Position numbers and translations under genes: made by a program. A stretch of 64,000 nucleotides of DNA from Diadema antillarum (taxonomy: Eukaryota): positions 2,728,001 through 2,792,000 of the forward strand of contig NW_027270942.1 in NCBI RefSeq assembly GCF_040938485.1. The letters run 5' to 3'. This document shows, piece by piece, positions 54,501 to 64,000 of this stretch; position 1 is the stretch's first letter, and each line of letters opens with the position of its first letter. The notes below the pieces were generated by a model. The model saw nothing but the letters and a program-made list of their open reading frames with translations, ran no database searches and was not told the origin of the DNA.

Positions 54501-54724
54501 GCTAAACAAATTCTCATCATAAATGTGCTGCAATAAACATAGTTTTTTATTAACAAAGATTTGCCAATATAATTAAAATGATCTCGACTGTCTACTTTTT
54601 TGTCTATAAAGTCGATTCTGCCATGTCATCAAGTCTAGTGAGAGTTACAGTTTGTATCTCGAAGGCAAAGGGATTAAAGGTTCTAAACTGATCGTGAAAA
54701 ATGTTCACACCACAAGCACACACC

Positions 54725-54763
<39 letters not shown>

Positions 54764-56383
54764 GCTTGCTCGTGATTCCGGTATGAATAAACGTACATCT
54801 GTATTTTCTGAAGTACAGGTGCCAGAGTCCCTTAGTAAACACGTCAAAGTATAATCAGTAGAAACACCGCCACTAATCATTGCTTACCAACAATGCCTAC
54901 GAGACTGCTGATGTTAACGATGCGCCCTGACCTTTGGGCCTTCATGCCCCGAATTACTTCCTGGGTCAGCCGGAAAGTCCCGAGGATGTTTGTATCGACC
55001 AAACTTTTCATGTATGCCATGCTCACTTCTTCGAAGAGACCCATCTGCCCAATTGCAGCATTATTAACTGGGAATGGAAATAATGAAAGTACAGTACTGT
55101 ATAGAACAATAATGTTTATAGTGTGTGTTTCTTTTTAATCGAGTCAAATTGAAAAGTGTTCAATGTTCATAAAATAATGTCAAAATTATTTGCACTTCTG
55201 ATGCGTTAACATTTTAATTGTATACCATACACGCTGACATCCTGCATGGAGTCGTTATCGACTATGAATAAATCTCATAAACCTTAAAGCCAATTTTCTG
55301 AAATCTTACGCTCTATCATTTTGCCGTGATCACTTCAAATATTTTTGCATACTCAAAATGATGCCTCGATCGGATGACTTCCTTGTTTGATCAATTTGTT
55401 ACTTTACTTAGCATTGATACCTTAAGTTTAATGATGAACATCATACAATACCTTGTACATTTCGTAAACTTAATGATATTCTCGACATGTATTTTTGCAT
55501 GTTTCGTCATTTTTTACATTGACATACTGTATTAAAAGCCTATATCATATCTTTGGAACACCTAACATCCTACAAACTTTACTTTTTCGTGGGTTTCTCA
55601 TATTACGCGTCACTTATAATGATTATGTTCTTATACATTTGTGCAATTTGTTTTAAATTGACTGTTGTGTTAAATAAACATTTTTTTTTTGGTTCTAAAA
55701 TCAAATGGAATATACAAGTTGTATGATATGTGGAATTTGAAACATGAATAAAAAAATAGAAAATGAATATCTACGAAGGACTAGTAAACTGTGGTTTTAC
55801 GAACGTCGTGCTAGCATCACAGCTCCCCCCTCAAATATGTCTATATAAGGAAAGGAAGAGGTAAGGAAGAGGTAATCGTTATACGGATATACCTATTGCA
55901 GTAACACTGCAAGGTACGATGATACGCTATGCAGAGGCTGACTGAAACGAGACAGGGACAAGAAGAAGAAGAAGAAGAAGAAGAAAAAGAAGCACTAACG
56001 GGAAACTGGCGATAATGCGAGGTATCTCCAGTATTACAGATATAGCGCGAAATTCTATTTCAATTTGTTTCAATCCGAGTGTGTCCCTCCATAGCCACCA
56101 TGGAGGATGGCTTACTCAAAACATCGATGCGTCCATCTCTCTCCGTGATCTCCTTGACAACCGAGACGATCTGCTCCTCCTCGTTGATGTCGAGCTTCAG
56201 GATGAAAAGCGTGTCGTTGAGGGCGCTGCCCGCCGCCTTCTCCAGATCCTCTTTCTTGGCAAGGTTCCTCATTGTGGCGTAGACCCGGAACGACTTGTTT
56301 GGGTCCTGGGCCAGCTTGACCGCTGTGCTGAGGCCAATGCCGGACGAGCAGCCGGTGATGAGGGTCACTTTTGGAGATGCCAT
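51592..56383 (-). CDS. RDH8: RDH8/HSD17B1-like SDR, copy 4 (about 292 aa)
   Basis: Exons 56383-56116, 55067-54888, 53994-53901, 52771-52663, 51819-51592, GT-AG and in phase. Motifs TGCSSGIG, NNAA, YGATK, PGPV. Confidence 0.92.
52915..53552. repeat. Degenerate tandem array (GCACCTTTAA/AAGTGCAAGTT motifs) ending in a CACTG-type transposon terminus
   Basis: Recurring GGTGCTCCCAGTGTGAC and CACCTTTAA motifs. Right end TTCTTACAGTG. Left end not recognisable. Confidence 0.6.
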
Positions 56384-56599
56384 GATGCTCCTGGTTTCGA
56401 CGCAAAATAAGAAAGAAAAAAAAAACTTGTCCTTGTAAAATACAGTAAGAGTGGGGAATACAGACAGGTAGATAGTTACCCTAACAAATACGATCATGGA
56501 TCTTCATTGTGAAAATGTAGTTTGCCTGGCAAAATCCGTCCATCATAAAAAATAATGACTGTGAGTCCGATACTAGGCAAAAAAAAAAAAAAAAAAAAA

Positions 56600-56910
56600 A
56601 GCCCGCGAGACAGTACTTACAGTAAGCCCCGTGATGTAGGGCTTATCAGTGTCGAACTCATGGGCCTTGTTTGCCTAGTGTTGGACTCATGGACCTTTGT
56701 TTTTCTGACTAGTGTCGGACACGTGGGCCTTGTTTGCTTAGTGTTGGACTCGTGGGTTTTGCTTGCCTAGTGTTGGACTAACGGGCCTTTTTTGTCTAGT
56801 GTCGGACTCGTGGGCCTTGTTTGCCTAGGTTCGGGCTCATGGACATTATTTGGCTAGTGTCCAGCTCATGGCCTGTATGACTTAAGGACTGTATGGGTGT
56901 CAAACTCGTG
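56600..56910. repeat. About 33-bp degenerate tandem array (AGTGTCGGACTCATGGGCCTTGTTTGCCT)
   Basis: About 8 units read directly. Related to the element at 34925-35216. Confidence 0.75.
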
Positions 56911-58535
56911 ACGTGTTCAAGTTCAAGTTTATCTTATTTTTCTCCATCTCAATATACGCACAATGTGAATGAAAGAAAGGAAATATCGACGTAAGAATAA
57001 AAAGGGGGTATGCATTATACTTTGATGGGGATTGAAGAGATAAGGCATTTTGGTGATAAATGAATTAGAGGATGGGAGATGTGGGACCCATTAAAAAGTG
57101 AAGCTTGTGGATTGTTGGTCCCACTAGCCAGTAGGCCCCTATATACTAAGCAGAAAAAGAGGGAAAAGAATGCGCGGTCATCAAATCCAATGATATTGCT
57201 TTAATCAGTTAACCACATTCATGAAACATAATTACATTTCGGGGAATGATAACACTTAATGAAGTGTATAAATCAGGCAGCGACGAAAGACAAGATGTAA
57301 CGACACTTCCAGCCTTACATTTTGCTCTGAAGTAAATTTAGTTGTAATCCTGTCTTACTTGCTGACCTGATGTTTCGTGGATGTAAGTCCTGGGGAAGTA
57401 ATTGCCTCATTTTGTGGCCGTCTCCACGTGGACATTGCTATATATTGTATTGAAGTTTGACTTGCTAGATGACAACTTATTGCAATGTGGGTCACACTCT
57501 GACTGGACGCGCATGTGTTTTGCAGTTAGCCTAGGCCAATCACCGTGGGTTTTATTTTATTGGAGTACCGATAACCGGTTCCCATCCGTTTACACTACAT
57601 ATACTTCTGAGTGGATCATTCATCCGTACATCAAGCATATTTTTTTCCGACATTATTTCCTGGCGATTATAACGAATACACGATCCAATGGTATCGCTAC
57701 CTTTCGAAAATATTAGCGGATTTTAACAAGCGACAGCAAAGTCAAGTCCTATACCGAAAATGTCATTGCTGATACACCGCCTAAACATCGATCGATTCAT
57801 TGGTTATTGTTTGTTTATTAATGTGAATTATGGTCGTTACAAAATTACGAACTTGATAGACCACAACTAACTGTACAGCAGCTTGCTGCCCCTTTATAAG
57901 ATGAGCGGACTGCTATTTTGCAGGAGCATTATACTATTTGATTGCTTCGATATAGGCAGGAGGTGCCTGGCTGTACCGCCCTTGACTCTCACAGATCATG
58001 GAGGTCACACTCGCTACTGACTGAGCCGTGTGCACGAATTCCAGTGGGACCTTTGGACCCTGGATGGCTGTAACAGCAGCCCTCTGCTAAACGTTGTTTA
58101 TCTATGTCCAAGTTCACGTTTCTACCATGATTCATTTCTGCCTCATATCACCTTAGAATGTATATCGATATACATAAGTCTCACAAGCCTAAGCCTCTGT
58201 AATGTGTTTGAAGTAAATCTGTGTGAAATTATGTTATGTATGTAAGTATACAGAATCATAAATGGGTGAATGTACACGTCCCAGTTAAGGTTGCTGTATG
58301 TTCTAGGGAAAAGTGTAAGAACCCATATTGTGTATGTACTGGTGTATCTCAGACGTGTATTTGCTTGCCTGTCTGTGAACTATTATCATGAGACCACTTG
58401 ATGATTTATGAGTGTGCATATTTGCTGGTGTGTGTGTGTGTGGGGGGGGGGGGGGTGGGTGGTTGGGGTGGGGTGGCTTTGTGGGGTGGGGGTGGCTGGG
58501 TGAGTGAATAGAAGTATGGTTGTGTTCACACCATA

Positions 58536-59073
58536 CACTGTAAAAACATCGGTGTTAGATTTAAAACCATGGGTGTTAGATTCAACACCGATCAAGTGTT
58601 AATAGTGGACCGCACCCACAGGTGTAGAAAATGTATTGTGATGGTGTTGAAAAGTGTTCACCTGGCACTTCATGGTGTTAATTTGACACAGTATCTGGTG
58701 ATATTTTGACACTGTGCTGGTGTTAATTCAATTATGACACGGCATGGTGTTGATTTGATATTGCTAGTGTTAATGTCAATGGTATAACACCCGTCCAGCT
58801 TCAATAAGAGACCACACCAACTGGTGTTACTGTGGTGTAAATGTGTTTACACACTTTTTTTTCAAAAATCAAGTACTTTATCGGAAAATTCTTGATCGTC
58901 TTGTTGAAGTTCAAAATCAACAAGAAGTGCAGTTACTAAGAAATTCTTAAAAAAAAAACACAATTTTATATTTTGAAATGACACCAGGAGGTATTAATCT
59001 AACACCATAAATGAGTACCGAAAATTTAACACCAGCTTGGTGTTTCATATTTAACACCGGACTTTTTGCAGTG
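58536..59073. mobile_element. Non-autonomous CACTA/EnSpm-like (CACTG-end) element
   Basis: TA|CACTGTAAAAA ... TTTTTGCAGTG|TA, with GGTGTT/AACACC subterminal motif arrays in opposite orientation. Confidence 0.8.
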
Positions 59074-59209
59074 TATTGTGATAAATTTGACAAGAATCTA
59101 TCGTATGGAAAGAACGGTATAATATGAGAGGATTTCCGGTGAAACTTTATACTATGGAAAGACTAAGTTATTGTAAATATCGAAAATCAAAATGATGACG
59201 ACTAACCTG

Positions 59210-59385
59210 GGGGGCGTTTCATCAACGAGTTCGTCGGAGGTTTTCACCGACGAATTTGCTATCAGCCAATCAGACGCAAGGATTTACACTGACAACTATC
59301 AAAAGCTAATGAAATCCTTGGTCTGATTGGCTGATAGCAAATTTGTCGGTGAAAACTCCGACGAACTCGTTGATGAAACGCCCCC
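59210..59385. mobile_element. PIF/Harbinger-like palindromic MITE (176 bp)
   Basis: CTG|GGGGGCGTTTCATCAACGAGTTCGTCGGAG ... CTCCGACGAACTCGTTGATGAAACGCCCCC|CTG. Near-perfect hairpin with a 3-bp TSD. Confidence 0.85.
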
Positions 59386-59627
59386 CTGGACTGACGATTT
59401 TGATTTTTATATGAAGAGCATAATATAAGTGTATTGACGTAAAAGACTAAAACATTACGCATTACGGGCTGAAGCATTATGCATAGATAGTCGGCCAGAG
59501 ACGAAAATTGAAAATGTGTATCGGCACTACACAGATATCTCGAGACGAAATTGAGGTATAGAAAATGCATGAAACTGGATGGAATAGAAAATGATAATCG
59601 ACGAAAAAGCCTTAATCATATTCTTAC

Positions 59628-59720
59628 CTGAAAAAAGAACGATCTAAGATATAGCTTCCCTGGGAAATATATCCGGTGCACAAGCGTCAGCAATTGCTGG
59701 AACAGACCCGAGTGGATATC
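59628..59720 (-). other. Putative non-coding leader exon of SDR copy 4
   Basis: Donor TTCTTACCTGAA. Homologous to 47719-47810. Confidence 0.55.
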
Positions 59721-60634
59721 AGCAGGGCCAAAGCTGTTTCACAAGTATCCGCGCGTAACTGCAGGCGGCCGTTCGCGGCCGTTCGCAGTCGGATGTTCGC
59801 AGTTCGGAAGTATAGCGTGTACGTGCAATTGGTCAGTCGAGTTTCATAGTGGGCTATAGTGTCCTTCCCTGAACGTTCGCATGCTCCTTGAAATCAGGCC
59901 TTTAGTACGACTTTATCGACTCATGAGTGCAAACATATAAAATCTTCGTGAACGAGACAGCTCTTAAAGGGAAAACGTATAGCTCCCACATGCCTGCAGA
60001 ACTGTCAATTTTTGCTCTAAACTGTAGCACATGTGCGACAGGAATGTGTGAAATAACGCCACGATTTCGGCTGGGCAACGACGAAAATGCAACATATTAG
60101 CCCAAAACGTTCTCCTTAAGTATATTATGTTCTACAGCCTCAGAACATAGGCCTATCCGATCGTGGTGACATAATTGAAATGATACACAATTAGCTACAG
60201 AAGAAATAACTGCATTAAAATACACATAATCAAAATATGATGAAGGGAAGTGCTTTAAAGGTAGGCCACTGTTTACCATTGGGAATAGTGATTTAAAATA
60301 TGTTCGAGTTGTCACATTTGAAGAATAATGTGTATAGGTCAGTTGTATCACAAAACATGAATATTTTGCAATAAAGCCTAAAATATGAGGAGATATCACT
60401 ATTTTTCTCACTGAACCATAACTGTAGACGGTTTAGTCTGGAAACAATTTCATTAGAACTTTTTTTAATTTTTGCATATTTTACAATACATTGATAGCAC
60501 TGATTAACTTTTTTTGGTCTTTTTACATGTTGTTTCTATCCCTTATTCACATTTTAGAACTATTTTGAAGCACTAAAGCTGGGTTTTTGTTTCATCTGCA
60601 AATAAACAAACTGTGAGCAGATTTAATATCTTAA

Positions 60635-61022
60635 AGGGATGGTATAGTTCTGGTTGAGATGGAGATTCAGGTTTTAGCTTTTGAGATAATTAGAAACCAC
60701 TTATATTCCATATTAGAAAGCATCTGATTCTAAGAAGAACTAAAAGTTTATTTGAAGATAATCGGTTTTGAATTGGCCGAGATATCCATAAACCAAGTGG
60801 TCCTAGTAAAAGACGGGTCCCACCTTTTATTAGGACCATTTTGTTTTACTTTGTTTTGGGATATCTCAGCCATTCAAAACATTTTTTTTTTAAATCAAAT
60901 AAACTTTCAATTCCTCTTAGAATTGTACGCCATTTTATTGCATAAATTCATAAGTAGTTTCTAATTATCTCACAAAAAGTTAATACCTGAATCCCCATCT
61001 CAACCAGAACCACACCGTCCCT
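60635..61022. mobile_element. Kolobok-like MITE
   Basis: TTAA|AGGGATGGTATAGTTCTGGTTGAGATGG ... CCATCTCAACCAGAACCACACCGTCCCT|GTAA. Confidence 0.8.
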
Positions 61023-62581
61023 GTAATATATATTTTTTTCTTTTTAAAGTAAAGATTCACATTTTCGTCAAAAATTCTTCTGTGGTGCGGGTTGTCATCG
61101 TGCGATATTTTGTAATTTGTGTCGGCTGTTTATTGGCTTTGGCCATGTTCGAGGCCGACTTCGCAAGAAATTGAACATTCAATGGTCGTGTCGCCATCTT
61201 GTGTCTGCGTCGGGACTGTGTGACCCCATCCTAAATACCCTCCTCCCCGATCCCCAGGTGCCATTACTTCGGTCCTTCAGTTCTAGGTGAAGCATAATGC
61301 AGTGGCGAAGCTCCTTATCGCAAATGCACGTAAATTTGCTGCATGTATTTCAAAATGTCATATTTGCATAGCTCGTACCGGCAATTCTTTTTTTCCCACT
61401 CGTCATTGGACAAAATTCTCTATAGAAGCCTCTGACACCTGTTGAAATCCCCCCCCCCCTCAAAAAAAAAAATGTTGTGACGGATCATGCTCGCTAAGTA
61501 AATAAAAAAAATTTCGACTTTTTTTCTCGCATTTCTCACAAAATAATGTGAGATCAATCCTCCTCTCCAGTGATAGTAAGTGGAATGAGTTGTTGATCTA
61601 CTTCTAACCTTCTCTGTGCAAATAAGTCAAAATGCGTACAAATTTCACACACAAACGGATGGACAGGAAATTAATATGACACACAGGTTAAACTAGGAAG
61701 ACCACCGCATCTCTCTTCCCCAACAAACGCATAAACACATGCACACGTATTCATCCACACAAACCGCACATAAAAAGGGAATAAACAAGACAAAAGTCTC
61801 ATAATTACCAACAGGCACTGGTTTCTTTATTTGCCTAAGTGTTGTATATGCTTAGTGCTTCACATACTTTATATCAAAAAATGGTGTTACGCACATGCGC
61901 GAGACAGCTGCTTCCATCGTCCAACCCGAGAAGCTCCGTCGCACAGTGGGCCAGGTGTGAATGAAAGTGCGCCAAAATAGGGATTTAGTCACTGGAAGGA
62001 AATTTATTTTTTTCATATCCTAGGCACAGATTACATCCTCCTGAACACCTCTGATCAATAGTTTTTCTTGAAATTAATTTTAAGTGGATTGTTTATCTAC
62101 AAAAAGACTCAAAATTTGTGAATGCTAGGTAAAAAATGAGTAAATACAATATTTCAGTTTTCAAAAGGTTTCCGTCGAACAAGACGTTTGACCCACTTCA
62201 AATGTTCAACACGTGTGTCAAATAAACTATTTTAAATGACCATAAACTCTACAGGCCAAATTGTTTTCCCCCTGAAAGCAATTTGGGTCAAAACAAGGAA
62301 TTTTTGGCTAAAAATAGCAAAATTCTTTTCATGTGCAAAAATGGTCAACATTCCTGCCGATTCCCGCGCTAAAAATATCACAATCGCCTTGGCTGTAGTT
62401 CCTGCTTTACAATGATACCAAACTTGGCTGCAATCTTCCGCAATCTTGTGAAGAAAACCCAATTTTCCATCCGCATGTTTGCCTGGTTTTTGCCAAAATC
62501 TCGCGTGCGGTGGAAGCACGCACCCAATGGATCCTCATACGCAGGCAAGACACACAACAATTAAAGACCACAGAGTTGCAA

Positions 62582-62583
62582 GA

Positions 62584-62618
<35 letters not shown>
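62582..62618. repeat. (GA)n microsatellite followed by poly-G
   Basis: Direct reading. Confidence 0.9.
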
Positions 62619-62622
<4 letters not shown>

Positions 62623-62760
62623 GGGGGGGGTGGGTCTGGGGAGGGGCGGGGTGTCATGTTCATCATGATTGATAGGTGTGCATGATTTAATGTTTACATC
62701 AAGCCAGTGAAATGACATTATATTTTGATGCCAGAGTTATATTCTTCTTTGAAGGTAATA

Positions 62761-63734
62761 GTAGGGCAGATATGTAGCAAAAATTGGTCGAGATGCTCAC
62801 ATCCGGCGGAAAGTATGAAATTTTGCATATTGCGGTATTTTAGGGTGCTGATTTCAAAAATCGCCGGATCCAAGAGATCTGACCACGGGGTCGGCCGCCA
62901 TTTTCAATTCCAATATGGCCGCCAACACAAACAAGTTTAAAGAACCCTATCTTCAGTTCTGAATGACCTGTGGCTCCAAAATTTGGAATACAAAAGCGTT
63001 TTGACATATTGAATTTGATGAAAGATTAATTTAAAGTGTCTGACAAACATTGAATGGCCGCCATTTTGAATTCCAATATGGCCGCCTCTACAAAATGTTC
63101 AAAATCCCTATACGAGTTCTAAGTGGTGAGTGACACTGAAATTAGGCGCAAACAAGTATTTTAGCATACTGAGTTAAAAGATTGACTAATGCGATGTGTC
63201 AGACAAACGCAATGCCCGATATTTTGAATTCCAATATGGCTGGGAAGACAAACATCATGACTTACATTCACGGGCATGCCAAAAAGTGCAGCAAAAATGA
63301 AACATCATGCACTTTTCACTGACGTCACAATGTAAATACAGCAGCGCGCACTCAATCAGCTACAAACGCACGCTCAATCATGTAGCCTAATTCACAAAGC
63401 CGAGATAGAGATTTTCAACACTGCAACTTGACAACTATGTATAAAATTTAAATTGGCTGCCGTGCAGCTTGTCAGACATATGAAATAAGTCTGTTATTGA
63501 TGTTATAATTATTATCACCACGCTTTAAAATATAAAATTTCAATGAATTATGTCATTCAGAACTAAGTAGGGATCTTTGACGGCGGCCATATTGAAATTC
63601 AAAATGGCGGCCGACCCCGTTGTCAGATCTCTTGGATCCGGCAATTTTTGAAATCAGCGCCCCAAAATACCCCAATATGCAAAATTTCACACTTTCCGCC
63701 GGACGTGAGCATCTTTTTCACATATCTGCCCCAC
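62761..63734. mobile_element. Non-autonomous DNA transposon with about 190-bp TIRs
   Basis: TA|GTAGGGCAGATATGT...CCGGATCCAAGAGATCTGAC...GGCCGCCATTTT mirrored by AAAATGGCGGCC...GTCAGATCTCTTGGATCCGG...ACATATCTGCCCCAC|TA. Internal AATATGGCCGCC repeats. Confidence 0.85.
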
Positions 63735-64000
63735 TATCAGGAATATCCTCTTATCATAAATAATCTTAAAGTGTCGATTAAAAGTTCATGTTACTTTGTT
63801 TTAGCATGATGTTTTCGCGGTACATATCATAGGCTTCTGCTTCTGTTATTGTGTAGGGTTATTGAGATGTAAGGTTAGTTTCCAGTGTGGGTGTCAATGA
63901 TCTTTTTTTTTTTCCTGTATTGAAATATGCATTCGTCCGAACCAGAATTCTTCATGCCTTATGCATGCCTGTAGACGACTGCACGCGAGAAAAACATCTC

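Noticed and set aside
1-64000. Hammerhead ribozymes, CRISPR arrays, prokaryotic operons, autonomous transposases
   Set aside because: I found no complete CUGANGA/GAAA core with flanking stems (manual inspection only), no repeat-spacer arrays and no long transposase ORF; gene structures are spliceosomal.

Overview
AT-rich, intron-containing animal genomic DNA. The repeat landscape looks echinoderm or sea-urchin-like, but that is inference. Two N gaps: 410-538 and 43522-43800. Genes, reconstructed by hand from GT-AG junctions and codon phase: (1) the first four coding exons of a mitochondrial uncoupling protein 4 gene (UCP4/SLC25A27) on the minus strand, continuing off the left edge; (2) four intact five-exon short-chain dehydrogenase/reductase genes of the RDH8/HSD17B1 type on the minus strand (13056-16708, 31536-35994, 42525-46801, 51592-56383), with flank homology predicting a fifth copy just beyond the right edge; (3) a plus-strand gene for an ankyrin-repeat protein with a large N-terminal helical domain I cannot name. 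The rest is microsatellites, an 18-bp minisatellite and many non-autonomous DNA transposons (piggyBac-, Kolobok-, Tc1/mariner-, Harbinger- and CACTA-like ends). The oddest object is a 736-bp insert at 29813-30548, bounded by a 14-bp direct repeat, made of inverted and tandem copies of a 274-bp unit carrying a tRNA-like Pol III cassette. I see no convincing new multi-gene system. The best candidates for follow-up are the diversifying SDR array, the tRNA-like insert and the unnamed ankyrin protein.
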